DNA of 61,707 nucleotides, the filler included, from Leucoraja erinacea (Eukaryota), in assembly GCF_028641065.1 (NCBI RefSeq). It is 5 parts of 5 records of this genome, joined end to end, with 100 filler letters (N's around TTAATTAATTAA, not from the genome) between each part and the next. Parts side by side here need not be neighbours in the genome. Positions count along the whole stretch, not along the records: positions 1 to 16,539 come from NC_073377.1; 4 more parts are not named here. One strand, 5' to 3'. A program made the translations under genes and the position numbers. A model generated the notes under the pieces. The model saw nothing but the letters and a program-made list of their open reading frames with translations. It searched no databases and had not been told where the DNA came from. Within the stretch, counting starts at the first letter, position 1; each line of letters starts with the position of its first letter. Shown one piece after another: positions 1 through 12,299 of the stretch.

Positions 1-930
1 ACGAAACTTTGCATCAGGATTGAGAATGGAGAGGGGAGATAACCAGTGCAAAGAGAAGAGGAGGAGTGGAGAGGTAGAAGCCTGAGGTGGTTGGTGGACC
101 GAGAGGTGGGAAGGATATGGTGGGCAGATGAAGCCAAGAAGGATAATCTCTGTCTGGTTCTATCTGCCCTACGTAGTCTGTCCACTAATCACCTCTGGCC
201 CCTGCCTCACCACCCAACCCCTCCTCTTTGTACCGGCTATCTTCCCTCTCTACTCTCAGTTCTCAAGCAGTCTTTCAATGCAAAATGCAAAATGCAAAAT
301 GTTGCCAAATTCCTATCCTTGACAGATGAGGCTTGACTCACTGAGTTCCACCAGCAAATTGTTTGATGCTCCAGGTTAGAGTATCTATTTTGTGTCTCTG
401 TTTACTCAGCTCTTCGGACAGCATTAGAGCTGCTATTGTCTGCTTTGCTGGTCTCCACTCACACAGTATCTTCCTCCTCTTTGTAATGCTTTAGTCATTG
501 ACTTTCCAATCCTCTGACCTATCACAAATCTTCACAGCATTATATGCCTCCTCTTTATAGAGTTGTGGGAAGATGGCAGAAGAATGGGGTGGAGAGGGAA
601 AGATGGATCAGCCATGATTGAATGGCAGAGTCGGCTCGATGTGCTCAATAGCCAACTTTGTTTCCTATGTCATGAATTTATGAACTCATGTCTTGATCTA
701 ACAATGGATGGCGATTCCTTCTCACTGAACATTCTTTTTGACCAGAATATATACACTTGCTGAAACTTACTCTCGTTTCCCTGTCCATTTTAGTCACCTC
801 CGTCCTTATAACATTGTAATTATCCTTACTTAAGTTTGAAATCCAAGTTACTCGTCTTCACTGAGTTTGATTCTCAACCAAACTATGATCACACCTTCGT
901 AGGAGATCCTTTATATTTATTCTTTGTCCG

Positions 931-1429
931 GCATGATAGCTACTGTTGGGGAATGTCTGCACGCTAGCTACTGTTGGGGGAATGTCTACATGATAGCTAC
1001 TGTTGGGGGATTGTCGGCATGATAGCTACTGTTGGGGGAATGTCTGCATGCTAGCTACTGTTGGGGGAATGTCTGCATGATAGCTACTGTTGGGGAATGT
1101 CTGCATGCTAGCTACTGTTGGGGGAATGTCTGCATGCTAGCTACTGTTGGGGGAATGTCTGCATGCTAGCTACTTTTGGGGGAATGTCTGCATGCTAGCT
1201 ACTGTTGGGGGAATGTCTGCATGCTAGCTACTGTTGGGGAGATTGTCTGCATGCTAGCTACTGTTGGGGGAATGTCTGCATGCTAGCTACTGTTGGGGGA
1301 ATGTCCTGCATGCTAGCTACTGTTGGGGAATGTCTGCATGATAGCTACTGTTGGGGATTGCCTGCATGCTAGCTACTGTTGGGGGATGTCCTGCATGCTA
1401 GCTACTGTTGGGGGAATGTCTGCATGCTA
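931..1429. repeat. Minisatellite, ~29-bp unit GCATGCTAGCTACTGTTGGGGGAATGTCT, ~17 copies
   Basis: Tandem copies read directly, with small variation in the G-run and ATA/CTA. Confidence 0.95.
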
Positions 1430-1440
1430 CATGCATGGTT

Positions 1441-1759
1441 GGTGGCACGGTGTCACAGCGGTAGAGTTGCTGCCGTAGAGCTCTTGCAGTGTCAGAGACC
1501 TGGTTTCATTCCTGACTATGTTGCTGCCTGTATGGAGTCTGCACGTTTTCCCCGTGACCGCATGGGTTTTCTGCGAGATCTTCAGTTTCCTCCCACACTC
1601 CGTAGACCTACAAGTTTGTAGGTTAATTGGCTTGGTATAAGTATAAATTGTCCCTAGTGTGTGTAGGATAGCAGTAATGTGTGGGGATCGCTGGTGGGTG
1701 AGGATTCGGTGGGCCGAAGGGCCTGTTCTGCTCTGTATCTCTAAACTATACTAAACTAA
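1441..1759 (+). mobile_element. HE1-like tRNA-derived V-SINE (elasmobranch)
   Basis: tRNA-like head GGCACGGTG..CAGCGGTAGAG, V-domain core (GGAGTCTGCACGTTTTCCCCGTGACC...GTTTCCTCCCAC), CR1-type tail GGGCCGAAGGGCCTGTT...CTAAACT. Further copies lie at ~6950-7240(-), 9105-9250(+), 14545-14815(-), 16285-16539(+), 30225-30505(+), 37840-38130(-), 41148-41422(-), 46070-46230(-), 51560-51850(+) and 52820-53070(-). Confidence 0.8.
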
Positions 1760-2722
1760 TCAATACCAACCATTGACATCTTATCTTTAATATTTCATAT
1801 CTTCAACTGAACTAATTGCACATGTTGAGCTTCTGAGCCAATATTATTCCTCATCACAGTGATCTCATCCTTGGTTAACCAACCTGTCCATCTCTTTGGC
1901 TATTTTGGAAATCTAAAAGCTGCAGGTGCTGTGATTCTGGAATACAAGCAGGAATGTCGGCAGGAATGTCAGGCAGCATCAGTTTCAGGCCTGCATCCCT
2001 TCTTCAGAACTGCTTCTCCTTGTACAGATGCTGCCTGACCTGCTGAGTATTTCCTGTACTTTCTGATTTTCTATTCCTTTCGGAAATGGTGAATACCCTT
2101 AAAAATTCAGTTCCCAATTTTGCAACAGCATCTTTGAAATGATCGTACATTATGTCTGCTTGTGCTGTGTGTCAGCTTGTCTGGCTTGTTAGTAGTAGCC
2201 TTTGCATTTTGGCAGAGATTTTTTTATTTTTTACTTATCATTTTCCTTATTAGACTCATAATCACACAGCACGGAAATATGCCCTTTGGCCCAACCTGCT
2301 AAAGCTGACCGAGATGCACCATCTACACTTGTCCCACCTGCCCATGTTTGGCCCACAGCCCTCTAAACTCTCCTTTCCAAATGCCTTTAAAATGTTGTTA
2401 TGGTACCCGCTTCAACGACCTCCTTTGGCAGCTCGTTCTATATGACCATATACCCACCACCATCTGTGTGAAAAAGTGGACCCTCAGGTTCCTATTAAAC
2501 ATGTTCCCCCTCACCTTGAACCTATGTCCCCTGGTTCTTGATCCTGCTACTCTGCATTAAAGATGATGTGCCTTTACCCTATCTGTTCCCCTCATGATCA
2601 TGTACACCTCTACATGATCACCCCTCATCCTCATGTACTTCAAGTAATAAAGTCCTAGCCTGCTCAACCTCTCCCTATGGCTCAGGCTGTCAAGTCCTGA
2701 CAACATCCTTGTAACTACATAC

Positions 2723-3589
2723 TTTAGTTGAGTTTTGTTTATAGATACAGTGCGGCCCACCAAGTCCACACCGACTAGCGATCCCTGTACACGAGCACTA
2801 TCCTAGACACAAGGACCAACTAGCGATCCTTGTACACTAGCACCATCCTACACACAAGGACCAACTAGCGATCCTTGTACACTAGCACCATCCTACACAC
2901 AAGGGCCAACTAGCGATCCCTGTACACTAGCACCATCCTACACAAGGACCAACTAGCGATCCCTGTACACTAGCACCATCCTACACAAGGACCAACTAGC
3001 GATCCCTGTACACTAGCACCATCCTACACAAGGACCAACTAGCGATCCCTGTACACGAGACCAACTAGCAATCCCTGTACACGAGCACCATCCTACACAC
3101 AAGGGCCAACTAGCGATCCCTGTACACTAGCCCTATCCTACACACAAGGGCCAACTAGGACCATCCTACACACAAGGGCCAACTAGCGATCCCTGTACAC
3201 TAGCACCATCCTACACAAGGACCAACTAGCAATCCCTGTACACGAGCACCATCCTACACACAAGGGCCAACTAGCACTATCCTACACACAAGGGCCAACT
3301 AGCGATCCTTGTACACTAGCACCATCCTACACACAAGGGCCAACTAGCAATCCCTGTACACTAGCACCATCCTACACACAAGGGCCAATTTTACAATTTT
3401 TACCAAAGCCAACTACTTTACAAACCTGTACGTCTTTGGAATGTGGGAGGAAACCGGAGCTCCCGGAAAAAACCAACGCAGTCACAGGGAGAACATACAA
3501 ACTCTGTACAGACAGCACCCCAAGTCTGGATCGAACCCGGATCTCTGGCACTGTAAGGCAGCAACTCTACCTGTGCCACTGTGCCACCC
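2723..3589 (-). mobile_element. HE1-like SINE copy expanded by an internal ~44-bp tandem array (2773-3388)
   Basis: The SINE tail is at 2723-2772 and the head/core at 3389-3589. Between them lie ~14 copies of AACTAGCGATCCCTGTACACTAGCACCATCCTACACACAAGGRCC. Confidence 0.85.
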
Positions 3590-4604
3590 CTGCACTATTA
3601 CACCTGCCCCTTTCGGATACACTCAGGTTATCGTTACCCCTGTCATTGTCCTGCACTAATGCCTTCTCTTTCTGTGTTCCTAAATACACCTTCACCTGAA
3701 CCCTGACTTTTTATTTCCAGTTTAGCATTTCACCCCTCTAATTGGCCCCTCAGGTTCACAACTGCATCTCCCTTTGCCTTGAGAAATTGACCACATTTCA
3801 CTTGCAGAAACAAACATGAGTGCATTCTCTATGCAGCATGCAGTAAATGCAGTAAATGCAGCCAAACGTGGGTGCTTGGAATGTTACAAACTCATGTTTT
3901 CAAGTGTGGTGGGGAGCTTGTGAAATATCATACTATATCCACACGGTTAATAGAATTTTAACAGATCTGCCATCAACAGTGACAATGGTCAAGTAATTAA
4001 TGCAAATTAAATGCCATTCAAAAGGCTTACTCTCACGGTGTTAAAGATATTGAGTTACATGCAAATGTCCCTGTACGGTATGGATATCACACTGGTGGTG
4101 ACAATAGCATTTAGCACTTGTAACATCATAGTGTTGATGGGTGCAATATTTAGTCAGCGGTGATAAGTACCGTATAGAATAGAAGCACATTATTTATGGA
4201 CTCTATATTATTTATGTACTTTAATATAATGTTCATATTAGTGAAGATCATATGGAGGCATCATATGTCCATTCCCTCCACAGATGCTGCCTGCCCTGCT
4301 GAGTTCCTTCAGCATTCAGCGTTTTGATATGAAATGCAACCTAGAGTTCACCAGGACCCTGTCTAAATTAGAGGATATTAGCTATAAGGGAATCAGCGGG
4401 TGCAATTTTAAAAATGATACGTGGGGAATATTTTCTTTACACAGAGGTAGTTGTCTGGAAACAGGTTGTGGAAGCAGGTAATGATTATAGCGTTTAAGAG
4501 GTTTTTAAATAGGCACATGGATATGCAAGGAATGGGGAATTGTAGAGGATAAACAGGCCGATTGGATTCAGTTTAGGTTTATTAATGTCACATCTACCGA
4601 GGTA

Positions 4605-4850
4605 TGGTTTTCACACAGAGAGTGGTGAATCTGTGGAATTCTCTGCCACAGAAAGTAGTTGAGGCCACAGTTCATTGGCTATATTTAAGAGGGAGTTAGA
4701 TGTGGCCCTTGTGGCTAAAGGGATCTGGAGAGAAGGCAGGTACAGGATACTGAGTTGGATGATCAGCCATGATCATATTGAATGGCGGTGCAGGCTCGAA
4801 GGGCCGAATGGCCTCTATTCCTGCACCTATTTTCTATGTTTCTATGTTTC
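4605..4850 (+). mobile_element. CR1 LINE 3' fragment
   Basis: FTQRVVNLWNSLP-type ORF2 end plus the 3' UTR GATCAGCCATGATCATATTGAATGGCGG...GGGCCGAATGGCC and a (TTCTATGT)n tail. Confidence 0.85.
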
Positions 4851-5453
4851 TATACATAAATACAAACATGCCGCATTCGTACCATAAGTAGAGCAAAGGG
4901 GAAGAGAGAGTGCAGTAGTTCTCAGCATTGTAATGTCCAGACAAAGTCCAATGTCTGAACCAACTATACTGTATCTTGTGGAAGGACCATTCAGAAGCCT
5001 GATAACTGTGGAAAAGAGGCTGTTCTTGAGTCAGATTAGTTTAAGTTGGCATCTTGTTTGCCACAGACATCATGGGCTGAAGTGCTTGTGCTGTTTCTGT
5101 GCGTGGGTAGTTGCCAAAGCCCGACAGGCAGCCGGCCGCAGATCCCACCTGGATTGTGTCCGAGGCTCAACCCCCGCTCGCCCCCAGAGACAGGGAACGC
5201 TCATCCCCCGCTCGCCCCCAGAGACAGGGAACCGGAGGGAGGAGAGTCGGACTTGCGGTCGGTCGCTGGTCTTCACACCTTCACGGTCGGCTGCAGGAGG
5301 TGCATGAGGGTTGAAGGGTCAGAGAGGAGAGGGACGGCTCGCTGGCAGGACTCGGAGTGATGGGGGGGGGGGGGGGGGGGGGGGCCGAGAACAAAGAGGG
5401 ACCATCGGGACAATGTGTTCTTTGGAGCGTTGTCAGCACCAGCTAACCGTTAA

Positions 5454-5956
5454 AGGGCCTGTCCCACCAATATGTGATTGCATGCGTCTAGCGCGACCAA
5501 ACGTGGTGGCTTGAGGCGTACGGCCTCGCAGGGCCGGTCCCACTTCGATGGGCGGAGGCGTATGGAGTTGTGCGGAGCTGGTCCCAACATCGCGCGGGGC
5601 TCCAAAAATCTTGCACTGTCCGAAAATCCCGCGCCAACGGCCTGTCGGCCCGCAGGCGCATTGAGGCCGTACGCAGCGTCTCGACGGTGTACGCCTAGCG
5701 CGTGGCGTTGCACGATGACGTCACCGTCCGGCGTGCCATTGCGCGATGACGTCACCGCCCGGCGCCGTGCGATGTCCAACTTCAGTCGGCCCGCCTCCTG
5801 CCCAGCTGATGGTGACTATGATGTCGGGACCAGCCCCGCACAACTCCATACACCTCCGCGCTTGGACGTGGGACCGGCCCCGCGAGGCCGTACGCCTCAA
5901 GCCACCACGTTTGGTCACGCTCGCCGCTGCTATCGCACGCTGGTGGGACAGGCCCT
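5454..5956. mobile_element. Non-autonomous PIF/Harbinger-type MITE with ~140-bp imperfect TIRs
   Basis: Termini AGGGCCTGTCCCAC...GTGGGACAGGCCCT, flanked by TAA at 5451-5453 and 5957-5959 (3-bp TWA TSD). The long arms are reverse complements. Confidence 0.8.
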
Positions 5957-8900
5957 TAACTCTTTGCCTGCATTGTGTATTGTACACAAAATGAAGAATG
6001 TCACTGTACACGTCACTAGCTACACTGGACAATAAAGTTCTGGTGAATAATTGAATCTATGGTCCTTGTTATATTCCATATAATTTAGAAGAATCAGGGG
6101 CGAGGATTGAAACTTTCAAGATATTAAAGAGAATTGACAGGATAGATAATATGAGAAGTGTGTAGGAAGATGCTGGTTTAAACCCAAGATTCTGGAGTAA
6201 CCCAGCGGGACAGGCAGCATCTCTGGATAGAAGGAATGGGGGATCCTTCTTCAAACTGGTTGTTACTTCTGAGAAACCATCGGACTTCCAGGAGTAGAGT
6301 TTGGAGTTACTTCCACATACAATGCTGATTCACAATAGCAATTGATGCTTAACCAATGGTATATTTATGGATGTAGAGCAAACACAGAAATACACAGTTA
6401 GTTACAGACCAGATGCAATCTTTTTGAATGATGGAACAGACACAAGGGGATTTCTTTAATTTTAGTAAGTGCAGTACATAGACCTTGTGTTGGACTATTG
6501 ATCGATATAAATATGATTGATAGATTGAGAAAAGGGCTTGGAACACACCAATAATTCAATATGGTTATGTACCGTCTACTATTTGTTCACAAGTGTAATA
6601 CTTTTGCAGAACACTTGTGATGCCCGACTTTCAGAGGCAACTTTTTATTCTAACTAATTTGTGTCCTCAACCAGTTATCAATGTAGAAATGTGTCCTTTC
6701 ACTCGTGTATATTCAAGTTTCTCAAGCATGTGTTGGGCTGTGAGACGCATTACCTTCCAATTCTTTTCTCAAACCAGAAAAAAAGCAGACCAAAAGTTTT
6801 CAAATTTTCAAATTAGTCCGAGATATAGAGAGTCATAGAGCATGAAAACAGGCCCTTTGTCCCAACTTGCCCCCACCGACCAACAACCTCCATCTACACT
6901 AATCCCACCGGAAATGTTCATATTGTTTCTCTCTTGTTTGGAATGGTTTGGTTTGGTTTGGTTTAGTTTAGTTTAGAGATAAGCACAGAGACAGCACACC
7001 GAGTCCACTGTACACTATCACACACGCTAAGGACAATTTATAATTTGTTTTACCAAAACAAATTAACCTGCAAACCGGTATGTCTTTGGAGTGTGGGAGG
7101 AAACCGGAGCACCCAGGGGAAAACCCATGCAGTCACGGGGAGAACGTACAAACTCCATACAGACAACATCCGTAGTCAGGATCAAAGGCGGGCCATGGCA
7201 CTCTAAGGTAGCAACTCTACCGCTACTCCATCGTGCCACACTGTGCTGTACAGTAACAGGATTTCACAACTCCCTATGCTATTCCCTTGAATAATTCTTT
7301 GAACTATTTAGCGGCCACAGGCCTTTGGTTTAATATCTGTCCCAGTGGATTGTTGCTCCTATGGTGCAGGGCTGTTGTAGCACCTGCACAAACCGCAGTC
7401 CCATTGGTTTGGGTTAAGGTTTCCAGAATGGAGGTCAGAGCAAAAGTCTGACTCAATTAGACGAGTCTAAAGAAGGGTCTGGATCCGAAACATCACCCAT
7501 TCCTTCTCTCCAGAGATGCTGCCTGTCCCGTCCCGTCCCGCTGAGTTACTCCAGCGTTTTGTGTGTATCATCAATTAGGTGAATACTGTCAATAAGCCAC
7601 AGCTGAGAGTGAGAAACCAGAACAGAGTGGTGCCATGATAGCTCATCTGTTTCCAAATAATGACCACTGCTTTAAGTAACAGTCATCCATCCAGTCTTAC
7701 TCTACAAATCTGAAGTATGATAGAAATTGCTTATTGCTTTCAGCGCTCACTTGTAACCTTCAATACATGACATCCATGTAACCAATCCTAACTATCCAGT
7801 ATTTCTGAACTTGCTGTTTTCGGTAAGTCTTGATTTCCCCAGGCTCCCCATCTTCATGGACAAGCAGCTATTGGCGTTTGACACAGAGAGAGGGGACAGA
7901 ATGAATGAACAAAAATAACAAGACATTTTATAGTGGTTAGTAGTTCAGAGCGGACTTTCCCTTGGATAACGGCTTGTTCTGTAGCAATGGTTGTATGTAA
8001 GATTCTTTTACAGCAGACTGGTGAAGTATGTCGATTCTCTTTGGAATTACCTGATCCGATAGTGTGTCATCGCAGGCAGTGTAAAGTCAGAAATAAATGG
8101 ACCCTTTTCCTGGAAAATTTAATTCGACCACACTTGAGCTAAACAAGCCCAGAGTAGTGATCGGTTGACCATGTAGCCTCTGGGAATAGGGACCCTCCTG
8201 ATTCAGCTCCTGATGACCCTGTAAACCTGCTTCATGAGATGCACTCGAACTCAAAAGGATATGGACAAGTTAAGTAAGTAGGTAGGAAGGCAGTAAATAA
8301 TATAGAAGGATAGTTTCCTTCTCCCCGAATCTGTCTGAAAAAAAGGTCTCGACCCGGAATGTCACTATTCCTTTCCTCCAGACCCAGTGAGTTACTCCAG
8401 CATTTTATATCTATCTTCAGTGTAAACTAGCATCTGCAGTTCCTTCCGACACAGTAAATAAAGTATGACTCGGGATACTGTGACGTTACACCTATCGAAA
8501 GGAGAAATAGAAAAGTGATATTTCTTTACAGAAATGTAACCAAATGCTAATATACAAACCTGGTTTGTGAAACACCGCAAGTGAAAGCAATTCATTTGGG
8601 AGGCAGATGGTATGTTAAGCTTTATTGCAAGGGATTTGTAGCTCAAGGGGAAGGAAGTATTAGTGATATTGTACAGAATTTTGGTCTGAACCATATGCAG
8701 CTTTGAACTCTGTGCCCAAGGAAGGAATTGGGATAGAATATACTCACTGAGATTGTTTCCTGAGATTAGCTTTTCCGATGACGAATGATTAAGTCTGGGC
8801 TATGTTCATCAGAGGTTGGTGGAATGAGGGGCAATGTTATTGAGGCAGTCAGTGTTGTGAAAGTTGCTGTTGCTGTAATGCCTCTGGATGGAGAACCCAG

Positions 8901-11224
8901 ATGTTAGGAAATAATCCTCTAATTCCTAAGATGTTAGGAATCTAGATCCTCAGGAAATGGAGGATTTGTTGAGGAATGAGTTTAGGATTTAACAGAAGAA
9001 TCGATGGAATCAACTAGTAGAGTGGATGAGGGAGAACCAGTGGATGTGTTATACCTGGACGTTCAGAAGGCCTTTGACAAGGTCCCACAAAAGAGATTAG
9101 TATACAAACAGGTTTGTAGATAAATTGGTTTGATATAAATGTAAAAGTGTCGCTAGTGTGTGTAGATAATGTTAATGTGCGTGGAATGCGGGTCGGTTTG
9201 GACTTGGTGGGCCGAAGGGCCTGTTTCCGTGATGTATCTCCAAACTAAGTTAATTCTATCCAGCTCTCTACCAGCTGAAGTTAAAAGAATAGGGAACATA
9301 TGCTAAAGTATCAATGATGATTGAACAAAAGAACATACGAACAGAAGTAGACCATTTGGCCCCTTTTGTTTGCTCCACTAGTTGGGAAAAGCCTTGCCGA
9401 TTGTTCACTTCATTGCCATTTCCTGCACTAATCCCATTTCCTTCCTTCTCTTATTGTCCTAAACAAAATCTATCAAATCTCTGCCTTGAATGTAATCACA
9501 GGGTAGAGAATTTCAAATATTTTTCCCTTCACTTTGGAGAAATACCTTCTTATCTCAGTCCTATATGGCTGACTCTTTTTACTTGGCACCAGCCATCCCA
9601 ACATCTACCCTGTCAAACTGTGTAAAAAAATCTCTATATTTAAATCAGATTACCACTCATTCTTCTAAACACCAGCAGATTATGTCGACCCAGTTTACTT
9701 AATCTCACTTGATGTATTTTACATTCCAGGAATGAATCTGCTGTACATTTGCCAGACTCTGTCTAATGTATCTTTACGTAGGGAGACCACATTCTGATGC
9801 ATTATTCTTGATACAGTGCTCTTTATAATTTGACAAAAATGTGCCTACTCTTGCAGTCAAAACCTCTGCAATAAAGGGCAGTGCACCACTTGCTTCCTAA
9901 TTTCTTTCTGTACCTGCATGTTAATTTTAAGTGATTCATTTGCAACACAGCTATGTCACTCTAAATATCAACACCTTTTAATCATCCATCATTTTAAAAA
10001 ATGCTCTTTGAATTTTTTTTCCACTAGTGAATGACCCTGCATGTTTCCATATTACATTCCGTCTGCATATCTTTGACAAGTCACTTATCCCCCTATCAAA
10101 GTTTCTTTGAATCCTTTTCACAGCTCACATTGCATATAAAAGTACCTTTTTTTTTAAATGTCTTCCCCATTCATAGACTTTTCTACTTTCTAAACCAGAA
10201 GAAGTCTTACAAATCTTGCCAATCTTAAAAGAACAAAGGAAAGCATTGCAAGTACGAACCTGTCTGATGAGTACAATAGATATCTGAGAGGTAACTTGTT
10301 CACAGAAAGGGCGGTGGATGTATGGAACAAGCTGCCAGAGGAGGTAGTTGAGGCAGGGACTATCCCGACATTTAAGAAACAGTTAGACAGTATAGGACAG
10401 GTTTGGAGGGATATGGACCAAATGCGGGCATGTGGGACTAGTGTAGGATGCAGCGGGACAGGCAGCATCTCTGGATAGAAGGAATGGGTGACGTTTCAGG
10501 TCGAGACCCTTCTTCACACTGAGGATAAACTTTGTGTCTATCTTCAGGTGGGACTAGTGTAGCTGGGATAAATTGGCCGGTGTGAGCAAGTTGGTCCAAG
10601 GGGCCTGTATCACTCTATGACTATGAATGGAGCCTTCTACCATTACCCATTGCTGGTTTTATGTGATCATACTCCCACACCAATGTAGTTGACTCTAACA
10701 TTTGTACCCTAATGGACTACCAAGCCACTAAATTGCTTCATTTCACCAGGGATGGACAATGGCCATTCTAGCCCAGAGGATCACATTCCATGAAAGAATA
10801 TTAGCAAAGCATGACTCATTTTAGTAAAACAAGGAAAGAAAAATAGACCATATTTTAGAATTGCTACTCTATTGTTTTGTATTACAAATAATGCATAGCT
10901 CATTTAATTAAGGAAGAATTAATGCATTTTCTTTGTGACTACTTTCCTTCTCAAATTGATGCATCTCAAATGGATGTCAGGAAATGTAGTTCATCTCCAA
11001 TCACCAGTGTTAGACATTTGCAGAGTTCAACTTTTGCACCAATCAATTCTCCACAGATTTATCCTCTTGAGAAGCCAAATAGATACGATGCAAAAAGAAT
11101 TGACCCAATTCATTTAAACTCCCAAATGTTTCAGTCTCATTTAAGGCTCTTGATCATCGTCTTGGTGGGGGTCAATCGGGAGAATTAGTTAAAAAACCCT
11201 TTTGCCCTGTGTGAGAACATACAG

Positions 11225-11565
11225 GCCAAGATGAGCAAGTTTGCTGATGATACAAAAGCTAGCGGTTTTGCTGATATTGAAGATGGTTGTGAACGATTGC
11301 ATCAGGATCTGGATCGATTGGCCAGGTGGGCGGAGGAATGGTTGATGGAATTTAATACAGAGAAGTGTGAGGTGTTGTATTTTGGGACGTCGAACAAGGG
11401 CAGGACCGACACAGTGAATGGTCGGCCTCTGGGTAGTCTGGTACAGCAGAGGGCAGGTACAGGATACTGAGTTGGATGATCAGCCATGATCATATTGAAT
11501 GGCGGTGCTGGCTCAAAGGGGCGAATGGCCTACTCCTGCACCTGTTCTCTATGTTTCCATGTTTC
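11225..11565 (+). mobile_element. CR1 LINE RT and 3' UTR fragment
   Basis: Translates to SKFADDTK...DLDRLARWAEEWLMEFNTEKCEVL, joined to the CR1 3' UTR. Confidence 0.85.
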
Positions 11566-12299
11566 TCTTTGATGGGATTTCTGTGAGACCTTATATCACC
11601 GCTCCCCTCTAATTCCTGCTGCTTTCCTGCTCTTCAGTCTGAAGAAGGGTCCCGACCCCACCTATTCATTTCCTGCACAGATGCTGTTAGGATTTATATT
11701 GACATAATAGAACCATCATTGGCATTGTTCAGAACTATTGTCCATTTATTTGTCTGTTTGTTATATATGTGTCTGTGTGTATATTGTTGTTTATTATGGG
11801 TTTTACAGAATCATATATTTACATACCTGTTGTGCTGCTGTGAGTAAGTATTTCATTGTGCCGTTTCAGGCCAGATGACCATAAAACACTCTTGGCTCGT
11901 GACGCTTGGGGATCATTAACTAAACTGCACTATTACTTCGGGTGTCTCCCCAGGACCACTCCTGTTCCTTATTACATGTTGGCCCTTGCCAAAATCATCC
12001 TAAAACACAGGATCAGTTTCCACCTGAATGCTGCTGACACCCAGTTTAACCTCACCCTTAATCTTTTCAATGCCTCAGTCTATTTGTCTGTCTATCTGCA
12101 CCTGATGAGCAAAAAAACATTTTCCAGCGAGGCTATTTTTTTTGGTTTATGATATCAGCTTCATTTCTTAGTCCACAATGTTATCCCTGTCCTAAGGTAG
12201 TGAGCATACTTCAACTGTTATTCTCAGGAGGTCTTCCATCTAGTTACTATTGGGTACTTCACAATTTCACAAGTTCAAAAGTTATTCGGCCCATTGAGT

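Noticed and set aside
1441-1520. tRNA genes at the SINE heads
   Set aside because: Only degenerate A/B boxes are present, with no full cloverleaf, and they continue into the SINE core.
931-3388. CRISPR-like regular repeats
   Set aside because: These are head-to-tail tandem units with no unique spacers, there are no cas genes, and the DNA is vertebrate.
5478-6035. 185-aa ORF and mirrored ORFs on both strands
   Set aside because: They result from the GC-rich inverted arms of a MITE and show no transposase motifs.
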